DNA from: Spongospora subterranea f. sp. subterranea | Lineage: Eukaryota | DNA length: 64,000 nt | Direction: 5' to 3' | Assembly: GCA_049724395.1 (NCBI GenBank) | Contig: JAUGWO010000112.1 | Coordinates: forward strand, 372,001 to 436,000 | In this document: piece by piece, positions 1 to 13,754 of the stretch | How the letters are laid out: the number at the start of each line of letters is the position of its first letter | How positions within the stretch are numbered: the stretch's first letter is position 1 | The notes under the pieces: model-generated | Databases searched by the model: none | What the model saw: only the letters and a program-made list of their open reading frames with translations | What the model was told of the DNA's origin: nothing | Position numbers and translations under genes: made by a program

Positions 1-1
1 C

Positions 2-382
2 TCGTATGAGCTTTATATTTCAGAACGGGACAGCATTCTTAGTAGTTTAAAGAATCGAGCAATGCGTATCTCTGAGGCATTTAATAGACTCGATGGTATG
101 TCCTGCACGATAATTCAAGGCGCCATGTACGCGTTCCCTCGCGTTAACATCCCTCAAGGGGCGGTTGTTATGTCCAAGTCCAAAGGGTATCCTCCTGATG
201 AACTATATGTCAGGGAGTTATTAGAGGAGACAGGAGTTGTATGTGTTGCTGGTAGCGGGTTTCTGCAAAAGGACGGTACTTATCATTTCAGGATTACAAT
301 ATTACCCCCTGAAGATCAAATCGATCAAGTTATCCAATTAGTCTCACAATTTCATGCAAGGTTTATGAAACGGTATTCTTAA
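2..382 (+). CDS. GPT: Alanine aminotransferase, C-terminal part (gene starts before window)
   Basis: QGAMYAFP, LLEETGVVCVAGSGFLQKDGTYHFRITILPPE match the ALT C-terminus. Confidence 0.93.
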   Translation, partial: SYELYISERDSILSSLKNRAMRISEAFNRLDGMSCTIIQGAMYAFPRVNIPQGAVVMSKSKGYPPDELYVRELLEETGVVCVAGSGFLQKDGTYHFRITILPPEDQIDQVIQLVSQFHARFMKRYS

Positions 383-724
383 AACCAAGCCATATTGTTA
401 AAAAAAAATATTCAGTAAATCACATCGTATATTTCCCTATATATGATTATATCAGAGCCCCTATTAGCTTTGATACCCGTGTCGGGCTCTGCGGTATCCG
501 CCACGGACATCTCGCATCCGGCATCTCGCAATAGTTGTCGACCTCTGGGCAACAAAGGTTCTCAGCGTCATTTCGTTCGTGAGCGGAATAGGCCGGACCC
601 TCGATATGCAAAACATGAACATGGGCGGGCACATTCCCAATAGTTTTTACTCTACTTGAAGGCTCAAACCGGACTCAAGGGACAATGGTAGACTCTGGTT
701 ATCCTTATTGTTATGTTTTTGCCG

Positions 725-797
725 ATTGTGATGACAAAAAACCAGTCCTTTTTTCTTAATCAATTGTGACGACAAATGTTTCAGCCTTGTCTGACTA
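725..797 (+). ncRNA. C/D box snoRNA, snR41-like (18S rRNA 2'-O-methylation guide), copy 1
   Basis: C box GTGATGA 728-734, C'-like TGACGA, D box CTGA 791-794; GTTTCAGCCTTGT just 5' of D is antisense to conserved 18S GCAAGGCUGAAAC. Confidence 0.82.
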
Positions 798-992
798 GAT
801 CGTTTTGTTTTTTGCATGCCGGGTTGCCTAGCTTATCATTAACCGCCTCATAGATATATAGTGCATCGGACGTCAAGTTCGTCACGGTGGGGTTGTAAGG
901 TTGGAGGCTCATCAAAAGCTCTCGACTATGCTGCAGCAGCCTAGTTAAATTGGTCCATGGTAAGTAATTTTAGGCAATCAAAGCATTTACCT

Positions 993-1065
993 ATTGTGAT
1001 GACAAAAAACCAGTCCTTTTTTCCTAACCAAATATGACGACATTTGTTTCAGCCTTGTCTGAATC
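993..1065 (+). ncRNA. C/D box snoRNA, snR41-like, copy 2
   Basis: C box 996-1002, D box 1059-1062, same guide and same 67-nt C-to-D span as copy 1; follows a GTAAGT donor. Confidence 0.82.
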
Positions 1066-1686
1066 ATTTTCAAGTTGATTTATTTTTGATTTCATTCACA
1101 CTCTTGATTAACATTATGCATTACAGAAAACAGTTAGATTCTCATCGAAGCACGGTGGATCAGTTGCATCATGTCGAGTATATAGCTGTGTTGTCAAAAC
1201 CCGCCAAAATGAGTAACGGTTGATGAAGACCTATTTTCAAAATTCGCGTGAAGTTTGTGAGCTTGACATCTGCAAAATCAATGCCAATAATAAACAGATG
1301 GCACAGGAGATTATACTGCAGTCTGTCAATTGTATATTTCTATCGAAGCGGTCTTTCAGGACGATATCGGGTTCCCTGTAGGACCTGTTATGCATAAAGT
1401 CTAACCGGTAGATTGTATTCCTTTCGTTTTAGGCAATGTATTCGGGTGGGGCCAGGTCCCATTCGGTCTATGATTAAACATCCAATGTTCATCATATGGA
1501 ACCAAAGCTGGTTGCAGGAACAAGTGGTTGCGAGAAAAGCCACTGCTGGCTTCTCATCCGACAATTCGAATGTTTGCATCAGACAAACAAATGAAGTGCT
1601 GTGTTTTTCCTCGTGAAACGATTGTTTCGTCACTGTGATCCTTTGTATTGAGCTCTTCGGCGATCGATAGATGTACCAATCTTTTG

Positions 1687-2344
1687 ATGGCTCAGAAAGT
1701 GGCAACTATTGATGATGATGTCCAAGATATGCTCAACAATCTCGACAACCTCATGAGCAGTCAGAGTTTTGGAACTCCAAGGATGGCTCTCTCAAAGTTA
1801 TATTCGAATACTGGTAAAACACCATCCGTTCCAGTTGATGTGCATCGCACGCCTCTCAAAGATCAAGATCTGGATGAGTTGTTGAAGAGTATAGATCAGT
1901 CAATTTCTACCGATCCAAACAGCTCTAAGAATACCGAACAATTCGTGGGTAAATGTTCGGTGGGTGTCAGTATCTGGAGCCGTATCAGCCTGTTCCCATC
2001 TTCGCTGTACGATGTGCGACCATGAAGTCGTCAGGATATTGAACCGGTCATGGGACCCATCGTGTGATTATTTCTTTTTCAGAAGTAAGACGCCTGGCCT
2101 ACACAGTTTTCAAATGCTGATCAATCATTGTTTTCTCGAGATAACGTACCAAACGTGATTAAATTGGAAAAAAAAACGCAGAATGCGCAAGGTAATGATC
2201 AATGATATCCTAACCGATTGTTTGAACTTATTGATTCAATTAGGTTCAGCCGCATATGCCTGTCAATGTTCATGGATAACTGCAAGCAAACCAACGATAA
2301 TCGCATCTGGATCCGCACATAAATGGGTTTGCACTGGTCATTAA
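1687..2344 (+). CDS. CFAP418: C8orf37/CFAP418 ciliary protein (spliced; apparent +1 frameshift near 1962)
   Basis: CSHLRCTMCD...WDPSCDYFFFRNN...AYACQCSW...KWVCTGH* signature. Confidence 0.88.
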
Positions 2345-2690
2345 TATAACCGAAATAAATATAGCAATAATATATCATTCTTTCATAAATATCATCGCCT
2401 AAACGTGTAATAACTCATCGACTGATAAACCTCTTTTGATATGATCGTTCAGGTTGCGCTGGAGTAGCGATTCGGTAGGTCACTGTGATCGCGGGCCGCC
2501 CTCAACCACTACTTGGGGTATCGGAATTCGGCCAGCACACACAGACTCACTAATCGGCACCAGCGCCAAAAATGCATCATACACAATGTTGTGGTGAAGA
2601 TATGTGACCGGACTCCGCACGGACATTCGTTTCCAGTCTTTTGTTCCACTGTCGACATCGCTAATAAATCCAAAACCATCCACCGGGAAC

Positions 2691-4768
2691 ATGTCTCTGG
2701 ATGCCAAGTCCGATCGGCAGCGAAACTTCAAGAAGGGCATCGATATCGATCTTGCTCGTCGGAAGCGTGAAGAAACCACAGTAGAACTTCGGAAATCTAA
2801 ACGCGATGAACAGATTCAGGTTGGCGTGCTGCTGTCAGTATCAGTGGAGTTTTTGGGTTAATAAGTCTGCTGTTAATATGTAGAAGCGACGCATGGGAGC
2901 ACAAGGTGGATGGAATGAGAGGACTTCTGATTCAGGAGCGGCTTCTGCAGTTCCACCTACTGAACCTATCGCATTTCAATCTATTCCATCACTTCCAGCT
3001 TTGATTGCTGGTGTGCAATCTGATGATCCGAATCAACAGTTTGAGGCGACCACCCAGTTCCGCAAAATTCTTAGCATTGGTATACTTGACTATCTTTTCA
3101 AACGTCCAGTTTGATCTCATCAATTTCCAGAACGTAATCCGCCCATTCAGCTCGTTATTGATTCCGGCGTTGTTCCTCGATTAGTTCAATTTCTTGCTAA
3201 CGATCAGCATGCTGCTCTTCAGTTCGAAGCTGCTTGGGCACTCACAAATATTGCCTCGGGAACATCTCAGCACACCAAGGTACGAGTCCGTACTGTGCGA
3301 AAATCTTTCTTCTTACATTTTCTAGGCCGTCATTGATTCAGGAGCAGTCCCTATCTTTGTCTACTTATTGAATTCGGTGAATGAAGATGTTAAAGAGCAG
3401 GCCGTCTGGGCCCTTGGAAACATCGCCGGGGATTCTCCAGAATGTCGTAATTTTGTGTTGAGTCAGGGAGCGCTGAATCCCTTAATCGAACTGTGTTCCA
3501 CTGATGCCAAAACTTCGATGCTTCGAAATGCAACATGGACTCTTTCTAACATGTGCAGAGGGAAGCCACAGCCTCCGTTCGACATGGTCCGTCCAGCTCT
3601 CCCAGCATTGGCCCATCTTCTGTATGTTTGGGTCAAGAGCTTAACAGTGTTTCGATAGACTTACCTGTTGTGCAGAAATTCAAGTGATGAAGAAGTCGTG
3701 ACTGATACTTGCTGGGCTCTGTCATATCTTTCAGATGATACTGGCTCTGATAATGACAAAATTCAGGTGTGTTTCTTCATAAATGCTGAATAAATGTGTC
3801 TAAAGGCGCTCTAGGCCGTGATTCGCGCTGGTGTTGTCCGTCGCCTTGTCGAGCTGCTTCACCACCATTCTAGCATGGTCAAGACACCAGCGCTGCGTAC
3901 AATCGGGAATATCGTCACTGGTGATGATGTTCAGACCCAGGTTGTGGTCAATCGTGGAGGCCTTGCCGGTCTTCTGTCCCTTTTAAACAATGAGAAGAAG
4001 GGAATTGTCAAAGAGGCATGCTGGACTATTTCTAACATCACGGCTGGAAATCCTGATCAGATTGAACAAGTATACGCTTTCGCTAAGTTTTGATCGTGCT
4101 GTTACTGACGGCATTTAGGTTATCCAAGCCAACTTGATCCCTCCTTTGATTGCCAAGTTGAGGTCGGCTGAATACGATATCAAGAAGGAAGCAGCATGGG
4201 CGATCTCCAATGCCACGTAAGTCAGCTTGAGCATCCAAGACTTTGTCTGAAGAGTGGGCAAAACAGTTCAGGTGGCACAGAACAGCAAATCCGATATCTA
4301 GTCCAGCAAGCATGTGTTGCACCATTGTGCGATCTATTCACCTGTTCTGATGCCAAAATCGTAATGGTCGCAATGGAGGGGATCGAAAATATTCTCCGGG
4401 TTGGCAAAAAGGTTTGGTGCAATCAAGTGCACTGAAATATATCAAGCTAACTGAACCCATAGGATATGATGGCTTCGAATTCCGATACAAACCAGTTTGC
4501 TAGTTATGTTGAAGAGTGTGATGGACTTGATAAACTTGAAAGTTTGCAGAGCCATCAGAACAAAGACATTTACAAGAAAGCGCTTCAAATATTGCGCACA
4601 TACTTCGAAACGGACGATTTGGTTCGTTGAGCGCTTTATCTGAATTTTTCTGTCTAAAAACGCTGTCAATTTTATTTTCAGGATACGGGAATTGAGCCAG
4701 AAATGCAGGGTGGACAATACGCTTTTGGCGGTCAAGACGTTCCGACCTCTGGATTCCAATTTTCATAG
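2691..4768 (+). CDS. KPNA: Importin subunit alpha (multi-exon)
   Basis: IBB domain [22 protein letters not shown] repeats [40 protein letters not shown]. Confidence 0.97.
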
Positions 4769-5419
4769 ACGTGTTTAAAAAGCACCATCAATATTTCCCC
4801 AAGCTTTAGTCTGCATGACGTGCGCCACATACACAGATAAATACCCACAGTTCATGTAAACTGATTTTTTGTCCAATACGCCCCAACAATACTCTGGGCA
4901 CCTGTTAGACGTATTGTAATTTATCACGTTCGATGTCGTTGGCAAATGCCCAAGACTGGTCAAGGCATAGTAATCGCGAGAATCGTATAGGTTTGGTTAA
5001 AGGGTCAGTTTATCGTTATATTTTCGCCTTGTCCACTTTTTCCAGAGCGGATGTAACCTTTTGAGGTGTCGTAGACGCCTGATGAAAAATAGGTATCCTT
5101 CTTTGTGTAATGATCAAATGCATCAACAGCTAGCTGCCTTCCGAGTGGCTCTCCGTCCAATTCTCTACATAAAGTACCTTCCTCAAGTGAACTTAAAGCT
5201 CTGTTGACGTTGTGTCGTGCGATATATTGTCGTGTCCATGAGTGCGTGTCATGGTATGAATGGCAGGGGCGGTGGCCAGTGGCCTATCTGCTGCAGGTAG
5301 AGGAGCTGTACTGTCCCTGGCACTGTCCCTGGCACTGGCCCTGGTCCTTCAGTGCTTCTCTTGACCAGCCCGTCATAATACACCCTGGGGATCAGATCGC
5401 CAGAGGACCCCGGGTCATC

Positions 5420-5796
5420 ATGGCTTCCGAGATAGAGGAGACGCTAGAGCGCATCAAGAACCGCCCTGGCGTTGAGGGCGTGCTGGTTGTTAACAGTGAG
5501 GGCGTGCCGATTCGCCCATCTAAAGGGATGGACGAAGAAATGACCCGCGAATACTCAGCACAGCTGGTACAGCTTGCAGCTAAAGCGAGAAGTGTTATAA
5601 GAGATCTGGATCCACAGGTATTGTGTTATATCTGTGTCGACTTCTCATCTATATCCCCACTCATGTTCCTTCGTAATAACAGAATGATCTCACGTTCCTA
5701 CGCATTCGTTCATTAAAACACGAAATAATGGTAGCTCCTGATAAAGATTTCCTGCTCATTGTGATTCAGAATCCCTCTGTGGAAGATAAACAATAA
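5420..5796 (+). CDS. DYNLRB: Dynein light chain roadblock
   Basis: [13 protein letters not shown]...[42 protein letters not shown]; one intron. Confidence 0.96.
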
Positions 5797-6033
5797 TAAC
5801 TATTTCCTGTCCCATATTATCAGCCATCCTGAGTCAAGGTGATTGGCAATCAATCCTCAATCACCGTCTCTTTTTTCTCACCATTTCCCTTGTACGTTTG
5901 TACCAAATGGCTGATTATCGTATTGGATCGCCCGCCCCTATATATTTCCTTTTTGCCCATCGAACGGTTTTACGAGTGCCCGGCGCAATTCTTCATTGGT
6001 TTTTACGCGGATAAACCATCATCTTTGGGTAGA

Positions 6034-7665
6034 ATGGCTCTGTCCCAAGTTCGCCGGGAAGGTCCTCTCCTGGTTCGAGAATATATAGATAAGGTTCACA
6101 TACGACTGATTCTTTCTCCATAAAAATGTGTTGACCATCATCACTGAATTACAACCAAGGTGCTGTATGGTGGGCCCAAATCGTATTTCAATTCTGGACA
6201 GCGCATTATCAGAAAAGCCAGTTTATCATTTAACGATATGGATGGCCCTAAGGATTATCAGAAAGCGCTTCATGATTTGTATTGGTCAAGCAGTGATGGA
6301 TGGCTAACACCTGTTGAGATATTTCAAGTTGGTGGTTATTCATTGAACTACTCTTTTTTAATCGCCATTGGAACACACTAATTTTAATGTGGAACTGTTT
6401 TCACACAGCCTACATACGCCAGAGGTATTCTGTCCTGGATTATGTCGAAATTTGATCAAGACTCCAGATTGCAGATCGTTGAGATAGGATGCGGAACAGG
6501 AACCTGTAGGTCAATCTATATCGTATTTCTAAACCGGCCGAATGATGGCCATGTGATCAGGCGCTCTCAATATTCTTGATGAGATTCGTGATCATTATCA
6601 GTCACTGTATTCATCGTCGTCATATTCATTGGTTGATATCAGTGAACAATACTCTCAAATTCAGCAAGAAGCCCTGAAGAGCAATGGTCATTCTGGTAAA
6701 TATTGTGTATGGACTGTTTCAGCCCATTTTCAATTGTGTTTTCTATAGAATTATGCCACTTTCACAGAACATCTGCTGCCGATATCCCTCCATTGACCTA
6801 TCTTGATAAATCTATTCCAACGTTCGTTATTGGCCTTGAATGTCTCGATAATCTGTCCCATGATAAGATATGCGATCATGAACAGGTGATATTGTTTCTC
6901 AAACTTTATCGCCATCGAACTCAAACACCGGTTGTTGATACTTTCAGGTTATGGTTGAACCAGATACAGATTTATCATCGCCTTGGATGGAGACGCAGGT
7001 GCTGCTGTCTGATCCACTTATCAAGGAATATATTGACATCATCAACACATCCGACCAGCTGGTAAATCACCGTAAACCGTTATCATCGTCGATATTTTTT
7101 TCAATATTATTATAGCAATCACTGGGCGCGTTGTCAAAAATCATGTATATGGAGTCGTGTGAATTTATTCCCACAACAGCGTTAGCATTTCTGAAAGGAA
7201 TGATTAATGAGATACCCAATCATCACCTACTACTTGCCGATTTCAGGTGAATATTTACTGGTAATTCACAAATGTGTCGCTAATCCAATTCTTGAAAGCT
7301 CGTTGCCCAACACGATCCCCGGAGCTGTTAACTCCCCAATTGTCGCCGAAAGATCACTGGAAACTGTTTGATCATGGATCACTGGTTGTGCTCTCTGGCC
7401 TCAAATTTGATACTAGGCTGGTGACACTATTGATCATGACACATATCTGCTAGCGCCAGGAATACGGGCTGATATATTTTTTCCCACTGATTTCGAGAAG
7501 CTCAAGTACGTGTACGAGTATCTTCGAGGTCATCCGAACGCTACAAGAGTACAAACAACAGCAGAGTTCATGATGGAATATGCAAACACAGATGAGTGTA
7601 GGACACGTTCGGGATACAATCCGCTCTTAGAGGATTATTCCAATACACATATTCTAACGTCATAA
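6034..7665 (+). CDS. NDUFAF7/MidA-family SAM-dependent methyltransferase (multi-exon)
   Basis: LVREYIDK-VLY...YF, WLTPVEIFQ, IVEIGCGTG, LECLDNLSHD, DIFFPTDF, SGYNPLLEDYSN. Confidence 0.85.
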
Positions 7666-8012
7666 ATAGAAATCATATTCACAGACTTTCAACGTCTAAT
7701 GGAAATCCAGATTGATATATGAGCGTTTTAATGTCGGTAGGTTCACAGATGAAACAGTGGAAAGGGCACGCGCCTGCAATAATGGTTATGGCACGCGACC
7801 GATCGCGTTGTCATGATTGTTGACGGTTCGATACGGGGATACGTCAGATGAAGGAGAGGAAAGTGATGCCAACAGATAGGAGTAGTCTGGCTCCAGATAT
7901 ATATACCAGCGCCATCTCAACCCTAAGGAGTATAACCCGATCGTGGATAACCAAAATCCGCTTCTGGTATTTCACAGATATCGATGCGCTGGGGCATCGC
8001 GCGATTGGCTCA

Positions 8013-8814
8013 ATGGATCCGTCCCGCGTTCCAAACGCGCTCGTCGGTCACCATTGGACTTTTTTTTTCATAACAATAGCGACGGCTATGACATTGCCTT
8101 ACGCTGGTCAAGTAATATCTAACAATCTCGCGTTGACCCCAACTGGTTCGGCTTATTTTCGTTGTGGGAAACTTGTTCAGAAATACGGGAAGTTCTATCC
8201 CCAATCGATCTTGAAGCCGATCGACGTCACATTTTTGTTGTTGAGCTTGTTCCTATCGACAATCACGGCTGCTATTAGGCAGACGTACATTTGGAAGACG
8301 CGATCCTTAGAGCTGGACCACGCCAAACTTATTCGACGATATAAAGGGTTTGAAAGGCGATTTAACATTTGGCCATTACCTGCTACTCGACAGGTTAGCG
8401 CTCTTTTGCTGAATTTCGAGAGCCATAAGGTAAAATCTTACTCTGCACCGGACGGTTTATATCACTATTGACATGAACTTGATAGCTAGCGGTGATTGAA
8501 TCAGGATCATTCATGCTGTTATCCAGTTTGATCGTCACCGCTATTCACGCCGGTCTAATTACTCAATCGGTAAAGAGAGCTGTGGTTGTTGACGGTGGGC
8601 TAACGATGGTGTGTAGATTCTTAGATTGAGCATAAGCTATCAGCTGATCAGATTACAGATGCACAATGTGCTGTTCCCATATAACATGATCGCACTGATC
8701 AATACCGCCACCCTAGTCGATTATGTACTTCGAATTCCGATTATCACCCGCTTCCAATGGCTATATTGCCTCACACATTTCCCACCAATACAGCCACCAG
8801 CTGAGGCAGCATAG
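8013..8814 (+). CDS. Uncharacterised multi-exon membrane protein
   Basis: Hydrophobic segments in ORFs 7848-8471 and 8626-8814 separated by GT..AG introns; no family recognised. Confidence 0.4.
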
Positions 8815-9250
8815 TCGTTAACAAATATATAATTAATAACTGTATATCTATTACATTGTCGTGTGGAACTGATTTGCTGGCCATAAACTACAAAAAATGT
8901 TGAAAACCCAATCTCAAAGGGTCTTTAGGAAATGATGCTTGACGCGATTGGATCCAGTACACGCGAATATTGTTGGGTTCCCAACGATGATATTGGGATC
9001 CATTATCAAGACGATGCCGTTGGAAGTGAGGGCGACTTTCCACAATGTATTGGCGGAGTCCGTAAATCCCCCCGACGCCCGGCCCCACACCGCCCCACAC
9101 CCAGTCCCCCTCCACAGACACTCATCACCAAGGTTGCACCGCCTTCGCCCAACTTGTGACTGGCGTGGCGCTGCATTCGGTCCATTCCCATTGGTCGTTG
9201 GTCTTCATTATCCCATCCAGCTTATGATTATAACGTCGTTTAACTGATAT

Positions 9251-9782
9251 ATGAGCTCATCATCGGTTCCGGACACAGTTATCATCCCCGATCTTCAAGC
9301 TGACGCATTCCAAGTGAGGGACATTATCCGAATTGCCTTATTCATCGTTATACCTGACGTATTTTATGTGAACAATTATTGGGTTAAGTTATCGGTTTCA
9401 TCAGGATCTGACATATTGCCATCGCCAGTCGCTATTTTACGAGACGATCGACTACCAGAGGGACGCCGCCAGTAAATTATACCAGAATGAATCATTTCTG
9501 GTATGGAATGGGACCAGAATTAGGGGTCAGGCCGCTATCGATAATTTCTATCGGTGTATGCCTGCGTCAAGACATCAGATTACATCATATGATGTACAGC
9601 CCATAGCGTCCTCCGATCCGGAGGATCTATTGATCACGGTCGCCGGCTCGGTCACGTTCGGTAAAGACACACAAGGGTCATTCCATCAAACATTTATTAT
9701 AAGGCGAGACAGAACCTCATCCCGAAACCATGCATATTTTATCCTATCAGATACGTATCGATTTCACAAACTACAAATGTAA
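9251..9782 (+). CDS. NXT1: NTF2-like nuclear export factor (NXT1/p15)
   Basis: YQNESFLVWNG, MPASRHQITSYDVQP, LLITVAGSVTFG, FHQTFII, ILSDTYRF. Confidence 0.8.
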
Positions 9783-10256
9783 AAGCTCGATTTGTTTCAT
9801 ATCAAACGTCCGATTGGTTTTTAAGGATGCTTAGCTAGTTTTCATGTCGTCTTGCGTTCGTGCAGTGATGTTTAGAAGCCCCTTACGGCAATCGCTCTAA
9901 ATGCAATAGCGAAAGTGACATTATTTTTCAGAGTCCGATTACTTCAAACACGAAACTATAGTCACTACAGTTCAGCAAATACGCCATTCTATCGTCAGGT
10001 CTGTACCCAGGTTTTCTGCAAATGCGCCATTTATGATCAAGGCCAGGTCTGTCGTAATCCAGTACATGTGTAGTCAATAACAGGGACCAAGTCTGTAGAG
10101 GGATTGCGCCATGTCGGGTATTAATCTCTCTATCCGTGGTCGTGGTCAATATTAATACAAGTCGTGTTGCTGGTTCCGACGAGGTCCTCAATAAACCAGC
10201 AACGTCCCATAGCTTATTAGGACCTATCGACTGTGCAATTCTCGAGTTAACGAGTT

Positions 10257-10685
10257 ATGGTTAGTCGTATTATTTTTTACCAACATTCAATCGCTGTATT
10301 TTTGACGGGCCCTTCTGTAATCGTTGAATAAATCTGGTGTTTCTAGCATTTCTTCTCGTTTTTCAAGACCTTGGTCGGCAAGGAGGTGATAATCGAGCTG
10401 AAAAATGATCTGCGATTACGAGGATTGCTACATTCGGTCGACCAATTCTTGAATATCAAGATGGACGAAGTTGAGGTTATGGACCAAGAGCAATTCCCTC
10501 ACATGGTGAGTTTCTTGGGCTATTTGATGATCGCCCTTCTTAACCATCTCTATGGCAAGATGTCTGTCAAGAAGATTTTCATTCGTGGGTCTGTTGTTCG
10601 CTATATTGAGCTGCATAAAGCCGATGTTGATACACAAGTGTTGCAAGACGCCAGTAGGCGGGCGGATCGTCCTGAAACCGATTAG
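10257..10685 (+). CDS. LSM2: U6 snRNA-associated Sm-like protein LSm2
   Basis: ATG|intron|HFFSFFKTLVGKEVIIELKNDL...LHSVDQFLNIK...PHM|MSVKKIFIRGSVVRYI. Confidence 0.95.
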
Positions 10686-10754
10686 ATTTACAATATATAA
10701 ACACTGTATTGATTATTCTATATAGTCATGTAGTTTCCCTCTTGTCGCTGGTCA

Positions 10755-12395
10755 TCATCGTTGCCGATTCCCATTATGGGTTTTCGGTTTACCCAATTTA
10801 ACAGTTCTGCCTTTGAATCGCCGCGATTTATTTTTGTTTGGTTTGATTGCCCGAAGAATCCCTAGATATTTAGACTTCCATGCGGCCTGTTGATGCAGTA
10901 CATCCATCCTGAACCATCGCTCACGTTGAAGTTTCCCAGACGACGACATTTCCAATGCAATTCCGATACGTCGCCGTTTTAAGACTTCCAAGAAAGCCAA
11001 CTGTGACAATTTATAGATGTCATTCTGCTGAACCGAACGCAGTATATGCTCCAGTAATCGACAACGAATAGATTCCGGTAAATGCGATTTCGATCCCTGA
11101 AGATACTGCTTCCTCCGTTTTCGTTGTTGTACTAGAGGTCCAAGCTGGTACCAAATGAAATTCAGACGAGCGTGCCTGATTCTGCTGACAGATCGCCACC
11201 ACATCTGTACTGTTCGAGCAGCGTCGATTAACGTATTCATTGACCGGAAGAACATCGATCGCATTGATGATTGCTCGAAAAACTCTGCATGAAATTGCTC
11301 AAGGTTCAAGCGAATAAATCAAAACGCTTAGAAATAATACCTATCAAAATCATCAAAGCGCGCTTTCTTTGCCTATGAAAGCTGGCCGTTCGTTGATTCT
11401 TTGCAATGCCAGATGATAGTAGTTTAGCTCGAGAAATCTGGACAAAGCTCAGTTTGGCAATCTTCGCCTTGTTTCGGTATTGCCTGATCCATCGGAGCAG
11501 TTTTGACACGATGGTGACCGCATGGGCGAACTAAAATGGTGTTATCTTCACAAGGAACTAATGATATAATTGAGAGCATGCGACGTACACTATTGAAATA
11601 ATGAGATCTCAAGACAATTTGATGGAGGGTTTCGCATATCACAATGGTTATTGTGCAGTTGAGCCATCTGGCAGCTGATCTATGCATGGGCAGATTGGGA
11701 TGTCGTTTAACCGTTCGAGATGTGTCATGGATATCATCTGCTTGGTTGAAAGGTAGCGAGAACGTCGGTGTTCGAGGCATCACCAACGAATAATCCACAT
11801 CAAATGATCCAGGCCCAAGGGTACTTGACTCTGTTGTGGGTTTATGCTGTCCTGATATTCGAGCAGAGAACAACCCGTTTCCAATTGATATATTCTTATA
11901 TATTTTTGGGTCCGCTGGTTGCCAATACGAGGATATCGCTTTTGATGGTCGCTTCTCGAAAATACAAGCACTTCTGCACCGGGTCAATGGTGCAGGCTGC
12001 CCTAGTTTCAATGTAGCAGATTTTACTCGGGTGATGGACGGTTGAATTCTGTGATCTAGGGCGTCATGATCGTCGGCGGGTTCGTCGAAAACAGTGACCC
12101 TAGTCCTGGTCGAGCCGATTGGTTTCGGATACAAATACGACATTTTTCCAGCAAAATTATGCAGAGGAAAAACGGGAAATGAGATAGACGGTTGAAGTCC
12201 AATATGTACGTGTTGCGGTTTGCGTTCATGGTGTGGCCTTTGAACTAATCGCTGGCTTGGTGATGGACTGATAGCCATGATTGGTACATGGCGTTGTGAC
12301 TTGGGGGTGGTGCCGTCTGTATTATCGATCCCTTTCGAGAACCATTCAGCGCATTCAGCTGACGTCAATCCTGCGATCAGATGTGTTAGAGCCAT
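10755..12395 (-). CDS. Uncharacterised basic protein with SHIPPO-like GPGSF motif and IQ-like motif
   Basis: Long ORFs 11424-12395 and 10755-11309; TLGPGSFDV; AARTVQMWWR. Confidence 0.5.
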
Positions 12396-13060
12396 GAGAC
12401 GTGTTTACATTGCGCCATTTACCATGATGAACTGCAGTCACCACTGTATTTGGCCAGAGATATACCATGTGTTGGCTACCAACTAGATCATCTTGTACAG
12501 TAATCAGGTGGATATACCATCATGATAAACCGGGCTAATCGATACGCGAGTTGCCGAGGACTGGCCTAAAAATCTGGGTGAGGATAATTTAGACGAAGTA
12601 TATGGGCCTCGGATATGTTTGAACGAGAACATAATGCTAGTATGTTTCGATTGCCTCGAAAAAGCGGTGATTTAAACGCTTGCCTCTTTGGTCCATGGGT
12701 GATCATTGAGGCGTCGTATCATCTCTTTGATATTCATTAGCATATTGGAAACATACTATCTTCGTGAAATCTCTCCCATTCTCGAATCCGGCATCCGCGA
12801 ATGACGAATTCAATTTCATTACTGTCGAACGACCAAGACTAGATGATCTGATGACAAAGAATAATTTGACGATTGCGAACAACTTACGTATTAGCGCCAT
12901 TTTGAACCGTTCTTTTAATGATAAACCCAGGATATGGGATGTACTCTGATTAGATTAACCAGATGATATTAGGCAACCACAAACATATGCTATGATTGAT
13001 GGGGTTTTATATTTCGGCAGCGTTGGCGACAATGGCGGGGTATATGTGATGATGTAGGAA

Positions 13061-13749
13061 ATGTCGAACAGTGAGCAAATCATCACTACGATTGAAGGAA
13101 TCAATTATGGTGGGCGTCCCTTTTTAGTCACATGTGATGTTTCTTCTTTGTACACGAACATGAATCTAGGTATACTCTATAACATCATCGAAAAAAGACC
13201 TCTGTCATCCATCGTCGCATGTGTGAATTTATTTGTAGCCACAACTACTTCCAATATGGTCAAGATATTTTCCAGCAAGGCAATGGGCACTAATGCAGCT
13301 GTCCAGTGCGCCAACATCTTCTTAGACGAATTAGATGAACTTTTTGCTAGACTTTTCGTAGGTTGGTAATTAAACGTCGGTTATCATTTAAGTTGCCTAT
13401 CTTGCGATACGTGCCGTTAGGGTCGAGTAAATATTGTTGCACCATCAAAGGTGCAACCAGGCCTAACTTCTTGTCTGATTGGGTGATTCTGACAAGGGGA
13501 TGTCGGCGCAGGTTTGATAAAATAATACTGGCTTTACTGGTCGGCTGGCGTATGTAGTTGGCCGAGAAGCGAGGCTTCAAAAGTTTGGATTGTAGCGATC
13601 GATGAAACACGCCCGTCTAGCAAAATGTTGATCTAATTCGTCTAGGAAGATGTTGGCGCACTGGACAGCTGCATTAGCGCCCATTGCGATTCCCTTAACT
13701 TGCTGGAAATATCTTGACCATATTGGAAGTAGTTGTGGTTACAAATAAA
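13061..13749. mobile_element. Penelope-like retroelement RT fragments in both orientations
   Basis: + strand LVTCDVSSLYTNM and AMGTNAAVQCANIFLDELD; - strand NYFQYG..QQVKGIAMGANAAVQCANIF and ITQSDKKLG. Confidence 0.8.
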
Positions 13750-13754
13750 GGAAG

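Noticed and set aside
1220..1290. Third C/D snoRNA (TGATGA near 1221)
   Set aside because: No properly placed CTGA D box or recognisable rRNA guide.
1949..1970. 22-nt micro-intron or programmed frameshift in CFAP418
   Set aside because: Removing one G from GTGGGTG restores the frame and keeps the conserved KC; most likely a homopolymer assembly error.
5093..5100. U12-type donor GTATCCTT
   Set aside because: Intergenic, with no matching TCCTTAAC branch site downstream.
5311..5344. 12-bp tandem repeat CTGTCCCTGGCA upstream of DYNLRB
   Set aside because: Too short and ordinary to infer function.
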